Shown piece by piece: positions 19,440 through 28,800 of a stretch of DNA of 55,206 bases (position 1 is the stretch's first letter; each line of letters begins with the position of its first letter). The DNA is from Pseudomonadota bacterium (GTDB lineage Bacteria > Pseudomonadota > Alphaproteobacteria > ATCC43930 > CGMCC-115725). Made by a program: the position numbers and the translations under genes. The stretch spans positions 6,045 through 61,250 of the forward strand of contig JAKAOO010000001.1 of the NCBI GenBank assembly GCA_021812165.1, written 5' to 3'. The notes under the pieces are model-generated. The model was not told where the DNA came from. It did not search any database and saw only the letters and a list, made by a program, of their open reading frames with translations.

Positions 19440-19800
19440 GTCGAAAAACTCTGCTGTCGTTCCGGGACGGCCCTTGAGAGCCGGGCCCGGAACCCATGAA
19501 CACCGGCCAAGCCATTGATTTCTCGGGCCTGTGTTTATGGATTCCGGGCTCGCGGCCTGCGACCGCGCCCCGGAATGACGACGTTCCGCCGTTTCTCCGT
19601 AGCCTCCTAGTGGTGAGAATCTGACGATTGGTACCGCGGCGGCTCCCGCCGAGATTGCGTCCCCCCGGAACGCCCGCGAGGGCGGTCGTCCGGGGGTCGC
19701 AATGACATCGTAAATCGTTGTCATTGCGAGGAGCCCACGGGTCCGCGCTTCGCGCGGCCCGAGGATAAACTCCGCGACGAAGCAATCCCGACACGGCAGG
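19440..19800. repeat. array of REP/MITE-like palindromic units, non-coding
   Basis: Contains a unit at 19528-19583 with termini GTGTTTATGGATTCCGGGCTCGCG...CGCGCCCCGGAATGACG, whose inverted partner lies at 55078-55203. Also a hairpin GCAATGACA-11 nt-TGTCATTGC at 19699-19727, and a CATTGCGAGGAGC...GACGAAGCAATCC unit. Confidence 0.8.
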
Positions 19801-19856
19801 CGACAACGGCTCCATCCGTGTGATTTTTACCACTAAAGCAAGCGCGAGGCGGTTGC

Positions 19857-19933
19857 CGGGCGCAGCACCTCGAAAGCCTTCAGAGCCGCCGCGTCGGCGA
19901 GGGTTTGCGGGCGCTTCCCAGAGACGCATTGAA
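19857..19933 (+). pseudogene. 3'-terminal remnant of a second meaB-like gene
   Basis: A 77-nt hand alignment to 17811-17887 has about 10 mismatches. The in-frame translation RAQHLESLQSRRVGEGLRALPRDALN compares with RAQHVESLLSRRVGEVLRALPRDALK in the intact gene. Confidence 0.75.
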
Positions 19934-20064
19934 CCGCGTCGATTTGACATCGGTTCTCGATCGGCGTTTGATGCCTCACGTCCGGATTTCGATGGGAGGC
20001 TCGATTTTCCAGGGCGCCCACAATGTTCCGGAGCAAGACCGGTCGCCCTCAGCAGGAGGAAAGC

Positions 20065-21261
20065 ATGAGAGTGAGCAGATCGCGGTTGGGGGCGCTCGGG
20101 AGCGCCGTTCTCTCCATCCTTGCAGGCGGGGTTGTGTTCGCGGCCGCGAGTGCCGCACACGCCGCCGGGGCGCCGATCGTTGTCGGCGCCACCGTCTCGG
20201 AAACCGGGCCTTTGGCTGCGGATGCGGTGTTTCAACTGAAGGGCGAAGCACTCGGCGTCGCGGTGGCGAATGCTCACGGCGGCTGGCTCGGACGCAAGGT
20301 CCTGCTCAAATATTACGACGACAAGAGCAGCCCCGGCACCGCTGTCCGCCTTTATCAAAGGCTCATCACCGAGGACAAGGTGAACCTCCTTCTGGGGCCG
20401 TATTCGAGCCTCGTCACGATCGGGATCGCGCCGCTCATCAACAAATACAAGATGGCGACCATCGAACCCGGAGCGTCGGTGCCGACGATCTATGTCAAAG
20501 GGAACAAGTGGAACATCCAGGGCATCGCCTCCTCGACCACCTATCTGAAACAGCTCTTGCCGCTCGCGCATAAAGCGGGAGCGAACAAGGTGGCCCTGGT
20601 CGGCCTCGAATCGGCGTTTACTCTCGCTTGCCTCGATGCGCGCGTCGCGCAGGCGAAACAGCTCGGCATGAAGGTCGTCTATCGCACGACTTATGCCCTG
20701 CCGATGCCGGATTTCTCGCCGATCGCGCTTGCGATCAAGAACGCGCATCCGGACGTCGTGCTCGGCTGCACCTATTATCCGGACGCCGTCGGCATCGCCC
20801 GCGCTTTGCACCAGCAAGGCTTCGCGCCCAAATATTTCGGCGAGACGGTGGGCCCGGTCGAACCCGCCTTTATCAAGGCGCTTGGGCCGCTTGCCAACCG
20901 CATCCTGTCGAACACCAGCTGGTGGCACAATTACAAGACCCCCGGCAACAAGGCTTTCATCGCCGCCTTTACCAAGAAGTTTGGGATTGCGCCCGACTAT
21001 CACGCGGCGGTCGGCTATTCCGGCATCGAGGTGCTGGGAGCGGCGGTCAAGGCGACGCACTCGCTCAATCAGGCAAAGCTGCGCGCCTATATCCTGAGCC
21101 ATACCGTGCCGACGATCCAAGGCCCGTTCAAAGTCAGTCGCTACGGGTTGATGCTCGGCGCCAGCCAAGAGATGGTGCAGATCCAGAATGGCGTCTTGAA
21201 GCTGATGACGCCGCCGTCTTTGGCGGAAGGAAAGGTGCTCGTCCCCTATACCGGGTCGTGA
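20065..21261 (+). CDS. ABC transporter substrate-binding protein (LivJ/Peripla_BP_6 type)
   Basis: Signal peptide MRVSRSRLGALGSAVLSILAGGVVFAAASAAHA, then IVVGATVSETGPLA...KYYDDKS...LLLGPYSS. AGGAGGA lies upstream of the ATG at 20065. Confidence 0.85.
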   Translation: MRVSRSRLGALGSAVLSILAGGVVFAAASAAHAAGAPIVVGATVSETGPLAADAVFQLKGEALGVAVANAHGGWLGRKVLLKYYDDKSSPGTAVRLYQRLITEDKVNLLLGPYSSLVTIGIAPLINKYKMATIEPGASVPTIYVKGNKWNIQGIASSTTYLKQLLPLAHKAGANKVALVGLESAFTLACLDARVAQAKQLGMKVVYRTTYALPMPDFSPIALAIKNAHPDVVLGCTYYPDAVGIARALHQQGFAPKYFGETVGPVEPAFIKALGPLANRILSNTSWWHNYKTPGNKAFIAAFTKKFGIAPDYHAAVGYSGIEVLGAAVKATHSLNQAKLRAYILSHTVPTIQGPFKVSRYGLMLGASQEMVQIQNGVLKLMTPPSLAEGKVLVPYTGS

Positions 21262-21357
21262 TTGCGGCAGGCGACAGGGGGGAGCCTAGTGGCCCAAAAC
21301 GTTTCTGACTTTTTTCCGCTCCGGCGCGGCACACCCCCATCCGCTCCCATTCGAGGA

Positions 21358-21382
21358 CCCCGCGAAGCATTGCTTCGCGGGG
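21358..21382. repeat. perfect 12+1+12 palindrome CCCCGCGAAGCA-T-TGCTTCGCGGGG in SBP-permease spacer
   Basis: Read directly. It lies in the 245-nt gap between the binding-protein and permease genes. Confidence 0.85.
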
Positions 21383-21506
21383 AACTCCGCTCGCGGCCTC
21401 CCCCGTCGAAGGGAAGGCGAGCGCAGCGCCCTCGGGGGGTGAAGCCTGGCGAACGAGACAGGGCACAGCTGGGGCAGCCCGCCAAAACCACCGGGACGAG
21501 AGGCTG

Positions 21507-22367
21507 ATGCTTCTTTTGCAGCTCCTCGTCAACGGCATTCTTTTGGGCGGGCTTTACGTTTTGATTGCACAGAGCCTCAACTTGATCTTCGGCGTCATGG
21601 GGATCGTCAATCTTGCCCATGGCGGCTTTATCGTGCTTGCCGGCCTTTTCACCTATTGGTTCGCGACGACGAGCGGACTCTCTCCGCTTTTCGTCTTGCC
21701 GCTTGCCTTTGTCGCGATGGGGCTCGCGGGCGCGCTCATCGAGCGGTTTCTCGTCGAGCCTTTGATGCTGCGCGAGCGGCGGGCCGATCTCGCGAGCCTG
21801 ATGCTGACCTTTGGCCTCTCCTTCGTTCTGGTCCAATTGGCCCTCAATCTATGGGGTTCGGACTTCGTCTCGGTGCCCTATCTGCAATCGAGCTATCGGT
21901 TCCGGGGCCTCAATTTCGACGCGGCGCTCTCGATTTCCGGCGTTTTTGCGGCCGTGATCTCGGCCAGCCTCTATGTCTGGCTCAACTACACGCTCTCGGG
22001 AAAATCGCTTCTCGCCGCCTCGCAAAGCCCGACCGGGGCACTCTCCTGCGGCATCGATGTGGGCCGGGTGCGGATGGTCGCCTTTGGCATCGGCGTCGGG
22101 CTGGCGGCGGCGGCCGGCGTTCTCGTCATCGTGGTGCTGGCTCTGGCGCCGCAAAGCGCCAATGACTTCACTCTCCTCGCCTTCGTCATCATCGCCTTGG
22201 GAGGTCTCGGCAACTATCTCGGGGTGGTCGCGGCCTCGCTTCTTTTGGGTCTCGCGCAGTCGGTTGCGGGCTACTTTTGGGGCGGCAATGCCGAGTACGT
22301 CCTGCCTTATCTGCTGCTGCTCCTGGTGATGGTTGCGCGGCCTCAGCGTTTTCGGCAGAGCCCCTAG
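21507..22367 (+). CDS. branched-chain-amino-acid-type ABC permease (LivH family)
   Basis: 286 aa polytopic protein. MLLLQLLVNGILLGGLYVLIAQSLNLIFGVMGIVNLAHGG. Confidence 0.85.
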   Translation: MLLLQLLVNGILLGGLYVLIAQSLNLIFGVMGIVNLAHGGFIVLAGLFTYWFATTSGLSPLFVLPLAFVAMGLAGALIERFLVEPLMLRERRADLASLMLTFGLSFVLVQLALNLWGSDFVSVPYLQSSYRFRGLNFDAALSISGVFAAVISASLYVWLNYTLSGKSLLAASQSPTGALSCGIDVGRVRMVAFGIGVGLAAAAGVLVIVVLALAPQSANDFTLLAFVIIALGGLGNYLGVVAASLLLGLAQSVAGYFWGGNAEYVLPYLLLLLVMVARPQRFRQSP

Positions 22368-24130
22368 TGACGGCCGAGGAAAAGACGGACGCGCTGGCGA
22401 GAGCCGCGGCGCGATTTCGGGGCGCGCACAAGAGCCGGATCGCCGCGGTCGCGGCGGGCCTCGCTGCGGCCCTGCTCCTCGCCCTCATCGCGCTCACCGG
22501 TTCCGGCTACACGCTGCAATTTTCGACCGACATCCTCGCCGCCGTCACCCTCGCTTATGGCTGGAACCTCATCAGCGGGTTCACCGGCTATTTGTCTTTC
22601 GGCCAGGTCTCTTTTTACGGTATCGGCGCGTATGCGACTTCCATCCTGGTGCTGCGCGCGGGGATGCCGTGGTATTTCGCCGTTTGCTGCGCCGGCCTCT
22701 TGGGCGCACTCGCCGCGCTCGTGCTCGGCCCGATCATGCTGCGTCTGCGGGGTATCCTCTTCGCGCTCGGAATGCTCGGGCTCGCCCGCATCCTCGAAGT
22801 CGTGTTCAACAACTGGAATTATGCGGGCGCCTCGCTCGGCCTCTCCTTGCCGCCCGCTCTGACGCCGGTGTCGGTTTATGCCGGCATGGCGCTCTTGGCG
22901 CTTCTCGGCTTTCTCTTGAACGCCTTTTTTGCGCATTCGGGCTTCGGGCTCGACGCCATGAGCCTCAATGAGGACGAAACCGCGGCCGTCGCGTTGGGCG
23001 TTCCGGCGACGCGGGTCAAGGTGATCGCCTTTGCCTTGAGCGCGCTGTTGCCGGCCGCGGCGGGCGGGCTCGTCGCCTGGAACCGCAGCTATCTCGATCC
23101 TTCGAGCGCCTTCGATCCGACGCTCGACCTCGAGACCATCGTGTTTGTCCTTTTCGGCGGGGTCGGCACGCTCTGGGGGCCGCTTTTCGGCGCGACGGTT
23201 CTGATGCTGGTCGCCGAGGAGTTTCTCGTCTATCTGCCGCATTTTGAACTCGCCCTTTACGGTCTCGTCGTGATCGCGACGGTGCTCGCTTTCCCCGGCG
23301 GGATTGTCGGCATCTTCAACCGCTTCGGCTATCTGCGGCGCCCGATCATCCTTGCCCCGGCGATCCTTCCGGCGGGTGAGCCGCCGCAAAAGCGCCCGCC
23401 GCGCGCCGACGAGGCGCCGGTTTTGGAAGTCAAGGATCTGGAGGTCCGGTTCGAGGGATTGACCGCTCTCGACGGCGTCTCCCTCGCTCTGAAGCGCGGC
23501 GAAACGGTGGCGATCATCGGCGCGAACGGGGCCGGCAAGACCACGCTTTTCAATACCATCGCCGGCTTTGTTCCCCCGAGCCGCGGAGAGATCCGTTTTT
23601 TCGGGCGGGACGTTACGCGCCTTCCAACCTTCCGCCGCGCCCAGCTCGGCATGGCGCGGAGCTTCCAGATCCCGCGATCGATGCCGATGCTTTCGGTTTG
23701 GGAGAACGTCGTGCTGCCCGCCCGTCACGGCAAAGAGAGGCAGCGCGCGGTCGAGCACACGGCGTGGGTGCTGCACGTGAGCGGGCTCGCCCCGATGTGG
23801 CGCGACCGCGCGGGCCGGCTCCCCCCGGGCCATCAGCGCCAGCTCGAATTCGCCCGCGTCTTGGCGCTCGCTCCCGAAATCGCGTTTCTCGATGAGGTGA
23901 TGGCGGGCATGACGGTGGAAGAGCGCGAAGTGGTGAGAGCGGCGATCCGCCGGCTTCCCGAGTTCGGGGTGGCCGCCGTCGTCTTGGTCGAACATGTGAT
24001 CAGCGCGGTCGCCGACCTCGCCGACCGCATGGTCGTTCTCGATTTCGGACGCAAAATCGCCGAGGACACGCCGCAGAGGGTGTTGCGCGATCCGGCGGTG
24101 GTCCGCGCCTATCTCGGGGAGCCGCGGTGA
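22367..24130 (+). CDS. fused LivM-type permease / LivG-type ATPase
   Basis: The GTG at 22367 overlaps the livH-like stop. The N-terminal ~330 aa are membrane-spanning (AYGWNLISGFTGYLSFGQVSFYGIGAY). The C-terminal ABC domain has GANGAGKTT, a Q-loop and a Walker B (FLDEVMAG). Confidence 0.85.
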   Translation: MTAEEKTDALARAAARFRGAHKSRIAAVAAGLAAALLLALIALTGSGYTLQFSTDILAAVTLAYGWNLISGFTGYLSFGQVSFYGIGAYATSILVLRAGMPWYFAVCCAGLLGALAALVLGPIMLRLRGILFALGMLGLARILEVVFNNWNYAGASLGLSLPPALTPVSVYAGMALLALLGFLLNAFFAHSGFGLDAMSLNEDETAAVALGVPATRVKVIAFALSALLPAAAGGLVAWNRSYLDPSSAFDPTLDLETIVFVLFGGVGTLWGPLFGATVLMLVAEEFLVYLPHFELALYGLVVIATVLAFPGGIVGIFNRFGYLRRPIILAPAILPAGEPPQKRPPRADEAPVLEVKDLEVRFEGLTALDGVSLALKRGETVAIIGANGAGKTTLFNTIAGFVPPSRGEIRFFGRDVTRLPTFRRAQLGMARSFQIPRSMPMLSVWENVVLPARHGKERQRAVEHTAWVLHVSGLAPMWRDRAGRLPPGHQRQLEFARVLALAPEIAFLDEVMAGMTVEEREVVRAAIRRLPEFGVAAVVLVEHVISAVADLADRMVVLDFGRKIAEDTPQRVLRDPAVVRAYLGEPR

Positions 24131-24849
24131 CGGAGGACCGTCCGGCGGCGCTCGCTGTCGAAGGCGTCGTCGCCGCTGTCGGTCCCCTCAAAATCCTGCA
24201 AGACGTCTCGCTCGTGGTAAACGCCGGCGAGGCGGTCGCTGTCCTCGGCGCAAACGGTGCCGGCAAGACCACCCTTCTGCGCACGATCGCCGGGCTCAAC
24301 ATTCCGCGCGAAGGAACGATCCGACTCCATGGCGAGGCGATCGAAGGCTTGCCGGCGCACCGCATCACCCGTGCCGGGATCGGCCACGTCCCGAGCGGGA
24401 GGGAACTCTTTCCCCGGCTTTCCGTCGGCGATCACCTGGAACTCGGGGGCCGGTTCTCTCTACCCGCCCGCCGCGCCCTTCTGCGCTCGCGCGTGCTCGA
24501 CATGTTTGCGGTCTTGAGAGAACGCATCGGCCAGAGGGCCGGCACGCTTTCGGGCGGCGAGCAGCAGATGCTGGCGATTGCGCGGGCGCTGATGACCGAT
24601 CCCAGGGTGCTTTTGCTCGACGAGCCCTCGATGGGCCTCGCCCCCAAAATCGTCCTTTCCGTTTTTGAGACCTTTCCCATACTGCGCGAGCAGGGCGTCG
24701 CCATCCTTCTCGCCGAGCAGAGCCTTTCCCTCGGCCTTGCCGCGGCCGACCGCGCTTACGTCATGGACCATGGGCGTATTGTGCTTTCCGGCACGGCTGC
24801 GGAACTCGCCTCCGACAGCCGGGTTGCGGACACCTATCTCGGCCGCTGA
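24127..24849 (+). CDS. ABC transporter ATP-binding protein (LivF type)
   Basis: GANGAGKTTLL, LSGGEQQMLAIARAL, LLLDEPSMGLAP. 4-nt overlap with the upstream gene. Confidence 0.9.
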   Translation: MTEDRPAALAVEGVVAAVGPLKILQDVSLVVNAGEAVAVLGANGAGKTTLLRTIAGLNIPREGTIRLHGEAIEGLPAHRITRAGIGHVPSGRELFPRLSVGDHLELGGRFSLPARRALLRSRVLDMFAVLRERIGQRAGTLSGGEQQMLAIARALMTDPRVLLLDEPSMGLAPKIVLSVFETFPILREQGVAILLAEQSLSLGLAAADRAYVMDHGRIVLSGTAAELASDSRVADTYLGR

Positions 24850-25024
24850 ACCGCCGCTGCGGCGCCCCGGCGCGCGAAGCGAACTCGTGGCGCTATTTCT
24901 GAAGGGCTCGATGTACGCCCGCAATCAGCCGATCTGGTTTCGGCCGCAAGACCACGCCGATTTGGTCGAGGGCCTGCGCAAAGCCGGCCGGCAGGGCTGA
25001 TTGGCGTCTCCCCCTGGCCGGTCG

Positions 25025-25053
25025 GCCTTTAGCCCGCGGGCTTGGCCCGCGGG
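25025..25053. repeat. second copy of the 29-bp CCCGCGGG-containing palindromic unit
   Basis: Identical to 9367-9395 except for one base (G/A). Confidence 0.8.
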
Positions 25054-25256
25054 CCGGGCCCGGCCAATCCACGATTTCTCCCCACCCGGCGCAGCATATC
25101 GCGAAGGCGCGGATGCCCGGATCACCCTCGAGCTTATCGACGGTAACGCTGGTGCCGTCTGTAGGCCCGAGGGCGGGCAAGGGGTGCTGCGCGCTCATGG
25201 GCTTGCGGCGGACGCCTCCTTCGACCAACATTCCGCGGTTTCGCCGAGGAGGACGG

Positions 25257-26372
25257 GTGGACGAGGTCGAATGCGTCGTCGTTGGAGCCGGGGTCGTGGG
25301 GCTCGCGATCGCGCGGGCGCTCGCGATGGAGGGGCGCGAGGTGATCGTCCTCGAGCGCGCCTCCCGCATCGGCTCTGAGACCTCTTCGCGCAACAGCGAG
25401 GTGATCCACAGCGGAATCTACTATCCGCAAGGGAGCCTCAAGGCGAAAACCTGCCTCGCGGGTCGCGAGCGGCTTTACCGTTATTGCCGCGAGCACGGCG
25501 TGCCTCACAAGAGGCTCGGCAAGCTCATCGTCGCTTCCAACAAGGAAGAGATTTCGGGGCTCGAAAAGATTGCGGCGGCGGCCGACGCGAACGGCGTCGA
25601 GGATCTTCTATGGCTGAGCGCGCAGGAAGCGCTCTCGCTCGAGCCGGAACTCTGCTGCGTGGCGGCGCTCCTGTCGCCTGCGACCGGCATCATCGACAGC
25701 CATGCGCTGATGCTTGCGTTCGAGGGTGAGGCGGAGGCGGCGGGCGCCGCAATCGCCTTCAAGAGCCCGCTGCTGCGCGGCCGGGCGCGGGGCTGCGGCT
25801 TCGAGCTTGCGATCGGCGGCGAGGAGCCCGCGCTGCTCTTTTGCCGCTTTCTCGTCAACTCGGCGGGGCTTTACGCGCCAGCGGTCGCGCGTTCGATCGA
25901 AGGGATCCCGAGAGAGAGCATCCCGCCCGCCTATTTCTGCCGCGGGAACTATTTCACGCTTTCCGCGCGCTCGCCCTTCCGGCACCTCGTCTACCCCGTG
26001 CCGCCGCCCGGAGGGCTCGGCATTCATGTGACGCTCGATCTCGCGGGGTGCGCGCGGTTCGGCCCGGATGTCGAATGGATCGACGGCGTCGATTACGACG
26101 TCGATCCCGGCCGTGCGCCCTCTTTTTATCGCGCCATCCGGGCGTATTGGCCGCATCTCAAAGAGGGCGCGCTCAAACCGGGCTATGCCGGGATCCGGCC
26201 GAAGATCAGCGGACCCGGCGAAGGCGCCGCCGACTTTGTCGTGCAGGGAAGAGAGAGCCATGGGCTCTGCGGCCTCGTCAACCTTTACGGGATCGAGTCG
26301 CCGGGCCTGACCGCGGCGCTCGCGCTTGCCGAGGAGGTCGCGGAGCGGCTCAATGGAGGCGAGCAATGCTGA
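25257..26372 (+). CDS. FAD-dependent oxidoreductase (LhgO / L-2-hydroxyglutarate dehydrogenase-like)
   Basis: The GTG at 25257 follows GAGGAGGA. Dinucleotide fold [30 protein letters not shown], then [15 protein letters not shown]. Confidence 0.8.
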   Translation: MDEVECVVVGAGVVGLAIARALAMEGREVIVLERASRIGSETSSRNSEVIHSGIYYPQGSLKAKTCLAGRERLYRYCREHGVPHKRLGKLIVASNKEEISGLEKIAAAADANGVEDLLWLSAQEALSLEPELCCVAALLSPATGIIDSHALMLAFEGEAEAAGAAIAFKSPLLRGRARGCGFELAIGGEEPALLFCRFLVNSAGLYAPAVARSIEGIPRESIPPAYFCRGNYFTLSARSPFRHLVYPVPPPGGLGIHVTLDLAGCARFGPDVEWIDGVDYDVDPGRAPSFYRAIRAYWPHLKEGALKPGYAGIRPKISGPGEGAADFVVQGRESHGLCGLVNLYGIESPGLTAALALAEEVAERLNGGEQC

Positions 26373-27484
26373 TCGGCGTCCCGAAAGAGGTGAAGGTTCA
26401 CGAATATCGCGTCGGTCTCACCCCGGCCTCTGTGCGCGAGCTTGTCCATCGCGGCCACAAGGTGGTGGTCGAGACGGGGGCCGGCGCGGCGATCGGGTTT
26501 ACGGACGGCGCCTATGAAGCGGCCGGCGCCGGCATTCTCGCCCGCGCCGCCGATCTCTTCGCGGTCGCGGAACTCATCGTCAAGGTAAAGGAGCCGCAAC
26601 CGGAGGAAGTCGCGGCGCTGCGCGAAGACCAGGCGCTTTTCACCTATCTTCACCTCGCCGCCGACAAGAGGCTCGCCGAGGGGTTGTTGGCTGCCGGAGT
26701 GGCGGCGATCGGCTACGAGACGGTGAGCGACGGCAAGGGCGGCTTGCCGCTTTTGGCGCCGATGAGCGAGGTCGCCGGACGCATGGCGGTGCAGGTCGGC
26801 GCCCATTGCCTCGAAAAGGAGCAGGGCGGGATCGGCGTTCTCCTGGGCGGGGTTCCCGGCGTCCCGGCGGCCAAAGTCGTGATCCTCGGCGGCGGCGTCG
26901 CGGGCACCAACGCCGCGCGCATGGCGATGGGCATGGAGGCCACCGTCATCGTCATCGACCGCAACCTGGCGCGGCTTTACGAGCTCGACCTCCAGTTCGG
27001 GGCGCAGCTCCACACGCTCTACGCGACGATGGAAACGATCGAGCACGAGGTCAAAGCGGCCGATCTCGTGATCGGCGCGGTGCTGATCGCGGGAGCGGCG
27101 ACGCCAAAGCTCGTCAGCCGCGAACTCGTGCGCGCGATGAAGCCGGGCTCCGTCATCGTCGACATCTCGATCGATCAGGGAGGCTGTTTCGAGACGAGCC
27201 GGCCGACGACTCATGCGGCGCCCACCTATGTCGAGGAAGGGGTGGTGCATTACTGCGTCACCAATATGCCTGCGGCGGTGGCGCGGACCTCGACGGTGGC
27301 GCTCAACAACGCCACGCTGCCTTTTGTTCTGGCGCTTGCCGATCGCGGCTGGCGGCAGGCGCTTCTCGAAGACGCGAATTTGCGCGAGGGCCTCAACGTC
27401 TGCCGCGGGCGGGTGATCCACAAGGCGGTCGCCCGTGCCCTCGATCTGCCGGCGACCGAGGCGGCGAGGGTGCTCGAGGAATGA
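26366..27484 (+). CDS. ald: alanine dehydrogenase
   Basis: [20 protein letters not shown]..., NAD fold [17 protein letters not shown], and [19 protein letters not shown]. Confidence 0.9.
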   Translation: MLIGVPKEVKVHEYRVGLTPASVRELVHRGHKVVVETGAGAAIGFTDGAYEAAGAGILARAADLFAVAELIVKVKEPQPEEVAALREDQALFTYLHLAADKRLAEGLLAAGVAAIGYETVSDGKGGLPLLAPMSEVAGRMAVQVGAHCLEKEQGGIGVLLGGVPGVPAAKVVILGGGVAGTNAARMAMGMEATVIVIDRNLARLYELDLQFGAQLHTLYATMETIEHEVKAADLVIGAVLIAGAATPKLVSRELVRAMKPGSVIVDISIDQGGCFETSRPTTHAAPTYVEEGVVHYCVTNMPAAVARTSTVALNNATLPFVLALADRGWRQALLEDANLREGLNVCRGRVIHKAVARALDLPATEAARVLEE

Positions 27485-28242
27485 AAGGGCAAGAAAATTC
27501 GTCTTTCGCCGCCCGTGCCCCAGATCTGCGCTATGGAACGGGAGAGCCGGCATACCTATCTCACCCAGAAGGAGAGCGAAGCGAGCGGCCCTTTGCGATG
27601 ATTGGTTACGTCGAGCTCGTGCGGCTGGCGGGTGAGAGCGAGGCGGCACGGCACGCCGCGCCGATGCAGATCGACGAGGCGGCTATCGCCGCGGTCACCG
27701 CCCTTTACCGGGAAGTCTTTCCGCCCGGAGGCGCGATCCTCGACTTGATGTCGGGCTGGTGGAGTCATTTGCCGCCCGAGGTTCCCTATCGCCGCGTCGT
27801 CGGGATCGGGACCGACGCCGCCGAGCTCGCCGAAAATCCGTTTCTCGACGAATGGCGGGTCCAGGATCTGAACCGCGATCCGCGCCTGCCTTTCGCCACC
27901 GCGGAGTTCGACGGCGCCGCGCTTTGCGTTTCGGTGCAGTATCTGACGCGGCCTTGCCAGGTGATCCGCGAGGTCGGGCGGGTGCTCAAACCGGGAGCGC
28001 CGCTCATCGTCACCTTTTCCATATGCTGCCGGCCGAACCCGCCGATCGCCTGCTGGCGGATCCTCGACGGCGAAGGCCATCTCTGCCTCGTCGCGCATTA
28101 TTTCGCCGAGGCCGGCAACTGGACCGATATCCGTTGCCTCGATCGCACCCCGCCCGCAGCGGGGGCGCCGCTTTATGCGGTGATCGGGAAAAGCCTCGGC
28201 CCCGCGCCTGCCGACGCGCCGGGCTGCGATCAGGAGTCGTAG
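27481..28242 (+). CDS. class I SAM-dependent methyltransferase
   Basis: [12 protein letters not shown]...[16 protein letters not shown]...[17 protein letters not shown] overlap with ald. An alternative internal start is at 27601. Confidence 0.7.
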   Translation: MKGQENSSFAARAPDLRYGTGEPAYLSHPEGERSERPFAMIGYVELVRLAGESEAARHAAPMQIDEAAIAAVTALYREVFPPGGAILDLMSGWWSHLPPEVPYRRVVGIGTDAAELAENPFLDEWRVQDLNRDPRLPFATAEFDGAALCVSVQYLTRPCQVIREVGRVLKPGAPLIVTFSICCRPNPPIACWRILDGEGHLCLVAHYFAEAGNWTDIRCLDRTPPAAGAPLYAVIGKSLGPAPADAPGCDQES

Positions 28243-28745
28243 GCGATCATCGAGGTGAAGGGGACATCGATTCGCCGGCGCCCCTCCAAAAAGCAAAGCT
28301 CGATGATGCAGGCGGCGGCGACGACGATCCCGCCTTGGCGGCGGACCAGCGAAATTGCGGCCTGCATCGTTCCTCCGGTCGCGAGAAGATCGTCGAGCAC
28401 GACGATCCTTTGCCCCGGACGGATCATGTCTTCCTGTATTTCGATGGTGTCGGTTCCGTATTCGAGAGCGTAGCTGAAGGCTGCCGTTCTGCCCGGCAGT
28501 TTCCCTCTTTTGCGGACCATCGCGAAACCGCGGCCGAGCTCGTAGGCGAGAGGGGCGGCGACGAGAAATCCGCGCGATTCGATGCCGACAAGAAGTTCGG
28601 GCTCTTGCGGTCGGAGCGCCGCGGCGAGGCGCCGGATCGTGGTGCGCCACGCCTCGGCGTGGGCGAGCAGGGTGGAGATGTCGTAAAAGAGGATCCCGGG
28701 CCTCGGGAAATCAGGGATCGACCGGATATGCTCTTTCAAATTCAT
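28230..28745 (-). CDS. apt: adenine phosphoribosyltransferase
   Basis: [28 protein letters not shown], and the PRPP loop [12 protein letters not shown]. Confidence 0.9.
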   Translation of the reverse strand: MNLKEHIRSIPDFPRPGILFYDISTLLAHAEAWRTTIRRLAAALRPQEPELLVGIESRGFLVAAPLAYELGRGFAMVRKRGKLPGRTAAFSYALEYGTDTIEIQEDMIRPGQRIVVLDDLLATGGTMQAAISLVRRQGGIVVAAACIIELCFLEGRRRIDVPFTSMIAYDS

Positions 28746-28800
28746 GACCCTTGACCTTTAGGGTCGCAGCGCCCTTGCTCTTTGCCGAATAACCATTTTT

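Noticed and set aside
18835-21168. 777-aa minus-strand ORF. Similar very long ORFs occur at 15580-17028, 16545-18005, 22364-23995, 37489-39933, 42873-44756, 13884-15377, 28711-29772 and 49364-50719.
   Set aside because: They are antisense to genes with strong family signatures. Their translations are Arg/Pro/Gly/Asp-rich low-complexity strings with no motifs. This is the classic stop-poor shadow frame of high-GC DNA.
24893-25393. Minus-strand ORF ([45 protein letters not shown]...) in the livF-oxidoreductase spacer.
   Set aside because: No family was recognised. It is interrupted by the 29-bp palindromic repeat and overlaps the start region of the oxidoreductase gene. It may be a gene relic, but the evidence is insufficient.
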